Under the pieces are notes generated by a model. It ran no database searches, had not been told where the DNA came from, and saw only the letters and a program-made list of their open reading frames with translations. Below, one piece after another: positions 9,021-16,850 of a stretch of DNA of 20,000 bases. The number at the start of each line of letters is the position of its first letter. Position 1 is the first letter of the stretch. Location of the stretch: the IMG/VR virus record IMGVR_UViG_2660238585_000005; one strand, 5' to 3'. The translations under genes and the position numbers were made by a program. This stretch comes from an uncultured virus (IMG/VR IMGVR_UViG_2660238585_000005) (taxonomy: Duplodnaviria; Heunggongvirae; Uroviricota; Caudoviricetes).

Positions 9021-10235
9021 CTAAATCATTAACCTTAATCCACTACCTTTGCTCTCTGTATAAATTGCATATCTAAGTGCATCCAATACATCATCCCACA
9101 GCTTAATAGGTTCTCCCGTTGTTTTATTCCAAGCATACATAAAAATTTCTTTTTTAAATAAATCAGTATGTTCCTTTACTACCTTTAATTTATTAGTCTT
9201 AAATCCTTTTGCTACTACTTCAATTCCACTTAATACTGATTTATCAGCATTTTTAGCTCTTAGACCTTCCTTTTTAAATCTTGCTACATGTTCAGGTCTT
9301 GCACTATCACAATAAAAAATTATATTTCCATATTTACTTTTTATTGTTTTAGCTACATCTACCCAATAATCAATTTCTTCATATTGTCTTGCATACTCTC
9401 TTAATAAATATAAATTTTCATTATCATCTTTTCCTATAACAACTATAGAACCATGATGTTCATATCCCCAGTCAACACCTGCAAAAAATTTTACAAAATT
9501 TATATTTTTTAAATTACTTTCACTTATGTAATGAATATCTTTTCTAAAGTCTCTATAAACAATTCCTTCTGCAGATACCCATAATCCCTTTATATCTCTA
9601 TCATAAAACATTCCAGATGGAGTTGATGCTTTAATATTGTTTCTATATCTCTCACTTAAAAATGTATTCTCATCTAACTCATAGTGATAAGCTTGTATTA
9701 TTTTTCCATCTGCTTTATCTATAAAATTTGATTTTAGCCAGTGTTCTGGTTGATCTGGATTTGTATCTATTAATATTCGTGCTCCTTCACCAGAACATCT
9801 TGCTTTAATTTCATTAAAAACTTCTTCATTTGCCATAGTTCCTTCGTTTATATATGCTCCAAATGAAGTCATCCCTCTTATTCTTCCTAAATCATTTTTT
9901 TTTGAATGTCCAAAACAGCATACTTGAACTCCAAATAAAATAAATCTATTGTGTTTGTCAAACTTAAACTCAATATCATATTTATTGGTAAGTTCATTTA
10001 AAACATTTCTTTGAACTGATCCTAAATCAGCACCTGCTAAAATATATTGAGGTAATGTAATATTTAATTCATCAGCTATCTTTCTAACTCTTCTTAATTC
10101 ATATATAAATAGATCATTATCTAAAATAGTTTTTCCTGTTCTTTTAGCACCATGATTAATTAACATAAAAAAATCGTTGGTCATTGCAAAGTTCATTACT
10201 TCTAATTGTTTTTTATGATATAAATCATTTAACAT
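9021..10235 (-). CDS. terL: Terminase large subunit, PBSX family
   Basis: Walker A GAKRTGKT, YINE Walker B, DTNP coupling motif, GVDWG and DDVLDALRY nuclease motifs. Confidence 0.95.
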   Translation of the reverse strand: MLNDLYHKKQLEVMNFAMTNDFFMLINHGAKRTGKTILDNDLFIYELRRVRKIADELNITLPQYILAGADLGSVQRNVLNELTNKYDIEFKFDKHNRFILFGVQVCCFGHSKKNDLGRIRGMTSFGAYINEGTMANEEVFNEIKARCSGEGARILIDTNPDQPEHWLKSNFIDKADGKIIQAYHYELDENTFLSERYRNNIKASTPSGMFYDRDIKGLWVSAEGIVYRDFRKDIHYISESNLKNINFVKFFAGVDWGYEHHGSIVVIGKDDNENLYLLREYARQYEEIDYWVDVAKTIKSKYGNIIFYCDSARPEHVARFKKEGLRAKNADKSVLSGIEVVAKGFKTNKLKVVKEHTDLFKKEIFMYAWNKTTGEPIKLWDDVLDALRYAIYTESKGSGLRLMI

Positions 10236-10920
10236 TTATATGTTCCTCTAATTTCGTAAAATATTGATCTATTTTTTCTTCTCTATTTTTTTCATTATTA
10301 ACTATTCTAGACTTTAAGACTTCTATTCTAGCTTTTTGTTCTTCAGTAGCTAAATTAAAATTAGAATTAATCATATTGTCATATTGCTTAATTAAACTCC
10401 TTAATTCGCTCATTGCTCTACTTTGAGCATTAAGAAAAGAAGCTTGTCTATCCCATGCAAATTGAAGTTCATACTCTATCTTTTGAGATAACTCACTTTG
10501 TTCCTCTTTTTTTACTTCTCTTATTATTTCATCTTTTTCAGCAACATACATAATTTTTTGAGCTCTTATTATAGCCGCATACTGTATTACAATTTGTTCC
10601 CAAAGTATATCTATCTGTTTTTTTTCAACTATAGAATCCATTAACTCTAAAGTTTCATCTGGTAAGTATTTAGAAAAAAAGCCAAACTTTTCAGCATTTT
10701 TATTTCCTTTTGGGGCTCCATGTCCAACTGCATTTTTATTATTAAGAGGAGCTCCTCCAGTATTCTTAGGTATTCCCTTTCGCCGTTTTTCTTCAGCCCA
10801 TTTATATCTACTTATCCATGATTTCAGTGTATTTATATTAATTCCATGATTTTTACATATTTGTTTTTGTTTTATTCCATTTAGATAATCTATTTTAGCT
10901 AAATCCTTTAAATCTGCCAC
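10225..10920 (-). CDS. terS: Terminase small subunit (YjcR-like HTH)
   Basis: N-terminal HTH (NTLKSWISRYKW), tandem GAPxxNKNA motifs, WDRQASFLNAQSRAM. GTG start with GAGGTG RBS. Confidence 0.9.
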   Translation of the reverse strand: MADLKDLAKIDYLNGIKQKQICKNHGININTLKSWISRYKWAEEKRRKGIPKNTGGAPLNNKNAVGHGAPKGNKNAEKFGFFSKYLPDETLELMDSIVEKKQIDILWEQIVIQYAAIIRAQKIMYVAEKDEIIREVKKEEQSELSQKIEYELQFAWDRQASFLNAQSRAMSELRSLIKQYDNMINSNFNLATEEQKARIEVLKSRIVNNEKNREEKIDQYFTKLEEHINVK

Positions 10921-10946
10921 ATCACCACCTCAATTCTTTGTTAAAT

Positions 10947-10986
10947 AAAAAAGCCACTAATCTTTTTAAGATTTAGTGACTTTTTT
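10947..10986 (-). terminator. Intrinsic terminator 26 nt upstream of terS (possibly bidirectional)
   Basis: Minus strand AAAAAA-GTCACTAAATCTT-AAA-AAGATTAGTGGC-TTTTTT. Confidence 0.75.
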
Positions 10987-10994
10987 ATTACTAT

Positions 10995-11078
10995 GCATTT
11001 AAACATATGAAAACTTGTTGCAAAATAACAGTTTTAGTTTATACTCCATACCGCTATAGAGTTCTCAAAGAGCCGTAA
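10995..11078 (-). ncRNA. Candidate structured RNA element in the late leader
   Basis: Relatively GC-rich island. Hairpin ACTCTATA-GCGG-TATGGAGT (11062-11043) and a long bulged stem TAAAC-AAAACT-GTT/AAC-AGTTTT-GTTTA (11041-11000). Confidence 0.45.
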
Positions 11079-11090
11079 AGTTATAATATT

Positions 11091-11164
11091 TGATGAGAAT
11101 ATATGGTTTCGAACCATATTCTACTAATAAATTTAGCTGTTTTCCCATATTAAACTATATCCTC
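11091..11164 (-). tRNA. tRNA-like element or pseudo-tRNA with shortened anticodon arm
   Basis: GAGGATA TA GTTT AATATGGGA AAAC A GCTAA ATTTA TTAGT AGAA TATGG TTCGAAA CCATA TATTCTC A TCA. It has a 7-bp acceptor stem, a D arm with GG and a canonical T arm, but a 5-nt anticodon loop and TCA in place of CCA. Confidence 0.78.
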
Positions 11165-11215
11165 ATATATAGATTAAATACAAATCTATCTTAATTATTT
11201 TATATAAAATAATGT

Positions 11216-11284
11216 AATCGATAGTAAGTAGTTAATATTGTATAATTTCTTTATACTAATATAATATCATACTTACTATCAATT
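11216..11284. promoter_or_regulatory. 15-bp inverted repeat around the putative late promoter
   Basis: AATCGATAGTAAGTA (11216-11230) and TACTTACTATCAATT (11270-11284) are 14/15 complementary. A minus-strand TG-A-TATTAT extended -10-like element lies between them, just downstream of the late regulator gene. Confidence 0.5.
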
Positions 11285-11344
11285 TAATTCTTCACTTTTT
11301 CCGAAGTTTTTCTAAAAATATATACTCATTCAAGATTAAAATTT

Positions 11345-11830
11345 TTATCTACTATGATTTTCAAAATTATAAAGTGGAAAAATTATAGGTATAGATTTTT
11401 TTATCATATTTTCTCTTATGGAGTAATACGTATCTTTTCCTACATTCATTTTTAATCCATATACTTGCCAATTTTTTATATTTTGTATGTATCTAATATT
11501 AAACATTTCATTTTCTTCTTTATTAAAGTTATCTATAGCTCTCTCAACTCGTTTTATACTTACCTCTTTTTCATACTTTAATTGTTCTAATAACTGTAAC
11601 TTCTTCTGTTTTTGAATAATTTCTATTTCAACAGGTGAATTTATATTATCACTTTTTTGAACTTTTTCTAAATACTCAGTTGACCTAAAACCATTGTAAT
11701 CAAACTTTATAAATTCTATCTCTTCTTCTATACATATAACTTCTCTTTTTAAATCTTTAAATTGATAAAATAGACTTTCAACTTTATTAAATAAGTTATG
11801 TTTTTTTGATACTTTTACTGTAGTACTCAT
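11345..11830 (-). CDS. Late transcriptional activator, ArpU/RinA-like
   Basis: N-terminal VESLFYQFKDL, coiled coil, C-terminal sigma-region-4-like HTH (MFNIRY...WQVYGLKMNVGKDTYYSIR). It is the last gene before the packaging module. Confidence 0.75.
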   Translation of the reverse strand: MSTTVKVSKKHNLFNKVESLFYQFKDLKREVICIEEEIEFIKFDYNGFRSTEYLEKVQKSDNINSPVEIEIIQKQKKLQLLEQLKYEKEVSIKRVERAIDNFNKEENEMFNIRYIQNIKNWQVYGLKMNVGKDTYYSIRENMIKKSIPIIFPLYNFENHSR

Positions 11831-11846
11831 AATATCACCTCTATTA

Positions 11847-12251
11847 TTATTCTAATTCTTCGATTATAACTTCAACTCTAGGATTATTATCAAAGTATTT
11901 ATTTGCAATTAATTCAACAATTTGTGTATCATCATTATAAGCAACTTTATTTAAAGCATCACATATTATTTTTACAACATTATCTATGTCTGGCTTAATA
12001 TTAAAAGGTCTTACTTTACCACTTAATTTTGATTCTTTTAGCTTTTTATTATCACTTTTAGCTATTTTATAATAGCAATTTATAGTTAGTTTTATAGCTT
12101 CAGAAAAATAAGGTTTATTTTCTGCTCTATATAATAGTTTTATATAATTTTCATAAATAATAGTTTCTTCTGGTGTTCTTATTTTTCCATAACTTAACCT
12201 TGGTCTATCCTTTCCTTTTGGTTTTCCATTTATAATAAATTTAGCTTTCAT
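11847..12251 (-). CDS. rusA: RusA family Holliday junction resolvase
   Basis: GKPKGKDRPR and KPDIDNVVKIICDALNKVAYNDDTQIV catalytic signature. Confidence 0.93.
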   Translation of the reverse strand: MKAKFIINGKPKGKDRPRLSYGKIRTPEETIIYENYIKLLYRAENKPYFSEAIKLTINCYYKIAKSDNKKLKESKLSGKVRPFNIKPDIDNVVKIICDALNKVAYNDDTQIVELIANKYFDNNPRVEVIIEELE

Positions 12252-12260
12252 ACTAATCTC

Positions 12261-12479
12261 CTAATAATTTTTCGAATTAAAATCATCTTCATTTGATTCT
12301 CCACCTTTAATGCCCCATACACTCATTACCTTATCAGCACTTTGTGGATAATTTATTTTCCCATTTATCTCTTTACCACATATACACTGAGCTAAAGCCA
12401 TATAATTTGGATATGTTTTTGAGTCACTAGGCTTAAAAAATGTTTTTTGTACACTGGGTATGTACGCTTCTTTTTTCAT
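12261..12479 (-). CDS. Hypothetical phage protein (NYMAL motif)
   Basis: GGAGGG RBS favours the ATG at 12479 (72 aa). Co-oriented in the operon. Confidence 0.7.
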   Translation of the reverse strand: MKKEAYIPSVQKTFFKPSDSKTYPNYMALAQCICGKEINGKINYPQSADKVMSVWGIKGGESNEDDFNSKNY

Positions 12480-12598
12480 AAATCTGCCCTCCATAAATTT
12501 TTAAATTAACACTTTATTTTAATTTATAAACTTGTTGTTTGTTTTTTATAAATATTTAATTTAATAATATTGTTTTTTCATATTTATAAGTTATAATT

Positions 12599-13138
12599 TT
12601 AACAATTAAATTTCTTATTATCTTTAATTTCTATTTTATATCTTTGCCTAAATAACCTTTTAGCTTCTATAGCTTGTTTTAAATTTCCTCGGCTAGCATT
12701 TAAGTACTCACATGCTTTATTAATGCTTTTTATCTCAATAATTTCATTTTTCAAAGTATCTGTAATTCTAACTTCCTTACATTTTATCCTTTCAATATTC
12801 TCTGGTACTTCAATCATATATCGTTTTTTGAATTTAATTTTATGTTTTATATATATAGTTATATCTGATCTTCTAATGTTTAAAAATTTACAACAATCAT
12901 TTAATGTATTAAACTCATAAACCTTATTTTCAACCTCATCTGTAACCCTCGCTCTATGATTATAACTTTTTTTAGGGCTTTTAATATTCCTATATGCTCC
13001 ACCCTCTCCATATCTAGCATCCTCTAAAATTATATGTTTAATTGCTTTTCCAATACTTAATTTAGGGTTTAGTATACAAGCTAGTAATGCCATATAGTTT
13101 TCTGTAAAGTCAAAATCATATGTATTGCTATATTTCAT
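12599..13138 (-). CDS. Putative DNA-binding protein with two NUMOD1-like HTH repeats
   Basis: Repeats ITD..N.V.EFNTLNDCCKFLNI and ITD..N.I.EIKSINKACEYLNA, each ending in K/Q-RY.IE. RBS AAGGAG. No nuclease motif seen. Confidence 0.65.
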   Translation of the reverse strand: MKYSNTYDFDFTENYMALLACILNPKLSIGKAIKHIILEDARYGEGGAYRNIKSPKKSYNHRARVTDEVENKVYEFNTLNDCCKFLNIRRSDITIYIKHKIKFKKRYMIEVPENIERIKCKEVRITDTLKNEIIEIKSINKACEYLNASRGNLKQAIEAKRLFRQRYKIEIKDNKKFNC

Positions 13139-13171
13139 ATCTGATAGCTTCTCCTTTTCTGCTTTTCACCT

Positions 13172-13966
13172 TTACTTAGCTTCATAAATTCTATAATTTA
13201 ATTTTTTACCTTTCATTATAACTGTATAATTTTTGCATTTTTCATATAACCTAGACCCTATAGCTTCATCAATTTCTAATAAGTTACTCAATGATTTTTC
13301 AGTAGTAATTATCATGGGAAGGTTTTTGAAGTATCTATAATCAATTATTTCATACATTATGTTTATATCAGATTCAGTAATTCTTCCCTTAAATAAATCA
13401 TCTATAAATAAAATCTGAGCTTCCTTATATTTGATTATTTCTCTTTGATAATTTTCTTCATCAGTTATACACTGCTTAATTTTAGTTATGATGTTTCTAT
13501 AAGGCATATATATAACGCCTTTACCATCATCTAATAGTATATTTGATATAGCCATAGCTAAATGTGTTTTACCACTTCCAACTTGTCCCATTAGCATTAT
13601 TGAATTTTGCTTCTTATTAATAATAGATTTAAATTCTTTAGAGTAAGTCTTTGATGTTACATACGCTTCCATTGCCTCAATACTACTTTCATACTTAAAA
13701 TTTTCAAATCTCATTTTTCTAAATTCTTCACTTATCCCTGATAGTTTTAACTTATTCTCTGCTATTCTTAAGTTTCTACATTTACATGGTGCAAAACTTC
13801 CATCATCTAGCTCTATAAAGAGCATATCTCTACATTTAGAACACTTATATTCATTTTTTGCTAAGCTCTTTGCACTTTTCAAGCAATCTAATTTTTCTTG
13901 ATTCTTCACTTTCTCTACTATCATTTGTACTCTTTTTTGTAGATTTATCTTTTCTTGTTCTAACAT
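13172..13966 (-). CDS. DnaC/IstB-like AAA+ helicase loader
   Basis: CSKC...CKC zinc motif, Walker A GQVGSGKT, Walker B LFIDD, IGSRL arginine finger. AAGGAG RBS favours the ATG at 13966. Confidence 0.92.
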   Translation of the reverse strand: MLEQEKINLQKRVQMIVEKVKNQEKLDCLKSAKSLAKNEYKCSKCRDMLFIELDDGSFAPCKCRNLRIAENKLKLSGISEEFRKMRFENFKYESSIEAMEAYVTSKTYSKEFKSIINKKQNSIMLMGQVGSGKTHLAMAISNILLDDGKGVIYMPYRNIITKIKQCITDEENYQREIIKYKEAQILFIDDLFKGRITESDINIMYEIIDYRYFKNLPMIITTEKSLSNLLEIDEAIGSRLYEKCKNYTVIMKGKKLNYRIYEAK

Positions 13967-14744
13967 ATAGATCATCTCCTTTATACAATTTGGCTTCTAT
14001 ATTTTTTTCTATATTTGATCTGTATAGTTTTAATTTATCCACCGTAGTAATTCCAGCTTCTAACCACTTATTTATAATACCTTCTATGTAGTATATAGAT
14101 TTTATATTTGATTTTATAGATATTCTCATTGCTTCTATAAATAACTCATTTTGTATTTTTTTTGATAATTTAACTATCCTATCTTGTTCAATTGAATTTA
14201 ATATATAATTACTAGCTATTTCTCTTTTATAAAAGTTTATTATATCTTCTATAGTAGTCTCTTTTGTTTTATCCAAATTATTTAAACTTATATTTTTAAT
14301 ATTGTTATTATTAAAGCTTTTATTATTAGGGGGGTTAATTTGATTACTATCAAGTTGACTACTATCAAATTGACCATTGTCAATTTGACTAGTATCATAT
14401 TCTTCTCTTGCAACTTTTATTTCTCTAGTATCCATTATTAATTCATATAAGTTGCTGTCATTTCTATTACCTTTTCGTCTCTTATAAACACGTATATATC
14501 CATGTTCTTTTAATTGTTTTATATTTTTATTAAATCTTCTCTCCGTTGTTGCTAGTTCAGCAAGCATTAATTCTTTTCCCGGAAAACAACTACCATTACT
14601 TCCTGCAAAACTAGCTAAATATGCATATATAGCTTTTGCTTCTAAGCTTAACAATTTATCTCTAGTTATCTTTTTAGGAATTAAACCATATCCTTCATTT
14701 AAAATACTGGTACTTTGAAAATATGGTTTATCTTTCACTTCCAC
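13851..14744 (-). CDS. Phage replication initiator (N-terminal wHTH plus DnaD-like domain)
   Basis: LSLEAKAIYAYLASFAG...CFP N-terminus and YIEGIINKWLEAGITT DnaD-type motif. Contains internal iterons. GTG start. Confidence 0.88.
   Translation of the reverse strand: MEVKDKPYFQSTSILNEGYGLIPKKITRDKLLSLEAKAIYAYLASFAGSNGSCFPGKELMLAELATTERRFNKNIKQLKEHGYIRVYKRRKGNRNDSNLYELIMDTREIKVAREEYDTSQIDNGQFDSSQLDSNQINPPNNKSFNNNNIKNISLNNLDKTKETTIEDIINFYKREIASNYILNSIEQDRIVKLSKKIQNELFIEAMRISIKSNIKSIYYIEGIINKWLEAGITTVDKLKLYRSNIEKNIEAKLYKGDDLYVRTRKDKSTKKSTNDSRESEESRKIRLLEKCKELSKK
14340..14399. repeat. Four tandem 15-bp iterons (putative phage origin)
   Basis: TTGATTACTATCAAG / TTGACTACTATCAAA / TTGACCATTGTCAAT / TTGACTAGTATCATA, next to an AT-rich tract at about 14275-14328. 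Confidence 0.8.
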
Positions 14745-14782
14745 TATATTTCACCTTCTTTTGTATTAAATAGCCATTATCA

Positions 14783-15595
14783 TTATTGAGTAATATTTAT
14801 TTCTTCACTTTCATCTTTTAATTCAAATCCAACCTCAATAGGTTCTATTTCATCTTCGATTAAACTCATATCTTCATCTATTTTAGATTTAACAGTTTCA
14901 TCTGAGTTAACTGCCTTTTGAATTTCTATACTTAGTGGAGCGTATTTTAAAAGTTGTTTTATAACAGTTTTCTTTGCCATTGCATTAAAATCAGTTTGCC
15001 AAGGTCCATTTTTAAAAGTCTTACTTTTACTTCTAGCATGATTTAACACTTCTTCTTTGGTCATGAATATAAAACTATATCCACCTGAAGTTAAATGGTA
15101 AACTGAGTAATAACCTATAACTTCTCCTCTTTCCCCAGTTATTACAGGCTCATGTATAATATCTTGATTTAGTCCATACTTTACTTCAAACTTATCATTT
15201 TCTCTAACCTCATGTGCATATAAACTCTTTATTTGTCCACTTCTTAATGCCAACTCCAGTAATCCCTTATATCCAATTTGAAATTGAACTTTATTACCAT
15301 ATGGAATTAGATAGGCTTGTCCTAGTGGTGTATTTGGTTCTAAACCTAGTTGAGCTGAATCCATCATAGCTGCTAAAAAACTCATAGGATCACAACTTAA
15401 AAATTTAGAATTACTTCCAAATGCTGTTAAAACTAGTCTTTGAAATCTCTCGCTTGATATATGTTCTGGTAAGGCTTTCTTTATTTGTCCTGACATTTGT
15501 CTCATTAATTGCTCCATAGCTTTATTTGGGCTAGATTTTTTGACATTTATTGTTTCTGATGCTTTATTTGCTAGTTTATTTTTTAAATCTGTCAT
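14783..15595 (-). CDS. recT: RecT family single-strand annealing recombinase
   Basis: AQLGLEPNTPLGQAYLIPY, FQIGYKGLLELALRSG, PWQTDFNAMAKKTV motifs. Start is 15595 or 15607. Confidence 0.95.
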   Translation of the reverse strand: MTDLKNKLANKASETINVKKSSPNKAMEQLMRQMSGQIKKALPEHISSERFQRLVLTAFGSNSKFLSCDPMSFLAAMMDSAQLGLEPNTPLGQAYLIPYGNKVQFQIGYKGLLELALRSGQIKSLYAHEVRENDKFEVKYGLNQDIIHEPVITGERGEVIGYYSVYHLTSGGYSFIFMTKEEVLNHARSKSKTFKNGPWQTDFNAMAKKTVIKQLLKYAPLSIEIQKAVNSDETVKSKIDEDMSLIEDEIEPIEVGFELKDESEEINITQ

Positions 15596-15613
15596 TTTAT
15601 ATACCATCCTTCT

Positions 15614-16591
15614 TTATTTTTCTTTTCCAATCTTAAAAATTCTTGAAGTGCTAATTTTCATAAATTGTTCTGCTATATCTGGCATCTCAGCTTTTAATCT
15701 TTTACTATCTAAAGTTTTTCTAGAAGAATTTTTCCATGTTATTTTTCTAGTTCCTATTCTAGCTACTTCAAATTCTTTCATATGAGCTTGTATTTCTTGT
15801 TCTATTAATTTTTTCTCCTTCTCTAATTGTTTTATATCTGATAATATGTCATCATATCTTAAAAGCTTTTCTTTCCCATTTTCTAAAAAATGCAATTCTA
15901 TTTCTTCATTATTAGAAAATTTATATTTCTCTTTTAAATACTCACTGTATGCATCTGATCCATCTGGTAAAGGTACAATATCTTTTAATATGTTTTCTTC
16001 CCAAAACCTTTTTTCTATTTGCATAAGATAGTTTATCGACTCTTCATCCCTAACTAATTTATGAAATAAGAATTCACTGTTCCCAATTAACACAGCTATA
16101 TAGCAATGTGTAGCACCTGTTATAGCCATATAATGTAAGCATTGAATTTCATAATGTATTGGAATCCCTTCTTGCCATTCTTTTAGTGAATATGAACCCG
16201 TTGTTTTACACTCTAAAAAAGCTTTTTCTCCTAAAATAGCTCTATCTATATTTCCTAGTGCAAAAGGATATTTATCATTTTTAAGTATGCCATTAACATT
16301 TCTTACCTTTAATCCAGTTTTTTCTGTAAATAATTCAGCAACCAAGCCCTCTAATCTATTTCCTAATTCAAGTCTAAAAGATTTAACTTCTTTTGGACTA
16401 TCTGCTTTTTTTTCCATATAAAGTTGTATTGAACTCTTCCATGGATTAACTCCTATAACTGCAGATGCATCACTACCTCCTATTCCCGATTGTCTGTACT
16501 TTAGCCATTTATCCTTTTTTATATCTTTTGTATCAACTACTATGTATGAATCTAAATATTTTCTTTGCCTTTCACATTTATTTCTATTCAT
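15614..16591 (-). CDS. YqaJ-like viral exonuclease
   Basis: WLKYRQSGIGGSDAS, GNRLE, NIDR, LECKT, QCLHYM motifs. Start is probably the ATG at 16591 (alternative GTG at 16600). Confidence 0.93.
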   Translation of the reverse strand: MNRNKCERQRKYLDSYIVVDTKDIKKDKWLKYRQSGIGGSDASAVIGVNPWKSSIQLYMEKKADSPKEVKSFRLELGNRLEGLVAELFTEKTGLKVRNVNGILKNDKYPFALGNIDRAILGEKAFLECKTTGSYSLKEWQEGIPIHYEIQCLHYMAITGATHCYIAVLIGNSEFLFHKLVRDEESINYLMQIEKRFWEENILKDIVPLPDGSDAYSEYLKEKYKFSNNEEIELHFLENGKEKLLRYDDILSDIKQLEKEKKLIEQEIQAHMKEFEVARIGTRKITWKNSSRKTLDSKRLKAEMPDIAEQFMKISTSRIFKIGKEK

Positions 16592-16664
16592 AAAATCCAC
16601 CCTTCTATTGGACTATTATATTTAATAATTTATTTAAAATTAAGCTTGTCCTAATTTGTATGTA

Positions 16665-16687
16665 TAGCTACTATTTTTTAGTAGCTA
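16665..16687. terminator. 9-bp hairpin over the stop codon of the 59-aa ORF
   Basis: TAGCTACTA-TTTTT-TAGTAGCTA perfect stem, with no good U-tract. Confidence 0.4.
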
Positions 16688-16850
16688 ACTTACCTTCTTG
16701 GTATAACCTTTTTGCTATTCTATAATTAATCTTTGCTATTCTGTCAAGGATTGCCTGAATTTCTTCATCTGTTTGCTTTCTTCCAAGCCTCACTTCTGGA
16801 GAAATTATTTCTATTATCGCATTTTCAGTTTCTACCTTATAAATATCCAT
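16671..16850 (-). CDS. Small hypothetical protein, 59 aa (candidate recombination directionality factor)
   Basis: Not in the ORF track. AAGGGGGG RBS. MDIYKVETENAIIEIISPEVRLGRKQTDEEIQAILDRIAKINYRIAKRLYQEGKLATKK*. Confidence 0.8.
   Translation of the reverse strand: MDIYKVETENAIIEIISPEVRLGRKQTDEEIQAILDRIAKINYRIAKRLYQEGKLATKK

Noticed and set aside
11000..11090. Theta/HDV-like ribozyme downstream of the tRNA-like element
   Set aside because: I could not build the nested double pseudoknot or find a G-initiated P1 at the tRNA 3' end.
12248..12292. 14-codon mini-ORF MKMILIRKIIRRLV with a GGTGGAG RBS-like sequence, ending over the rusA start
   Set aside because: Too short to support and overlaps the upstream gene. 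It may be a deletion scar, but rusA has its own AGGAG RBS.
14340..14399. CRISPR-like or diversity-generating repeat
   Set aside because: The units are contiguous with no spacers, and no cas or reverse transcriptase gene is present. They fit iterons.
15314..15323. Third TAGGACAAGC match inside recT
   Set aside because: It encodes the conserved LGQA motif of RecT, so coding constraint explains it. It also shows the motif can arise by chance.
12723..16031. Plus-strand ORFs 12723-12920, 13858-14091, 15540-15785 and 15846-16031
   Set aside because: Antisense shadows of replication and recombination genes.
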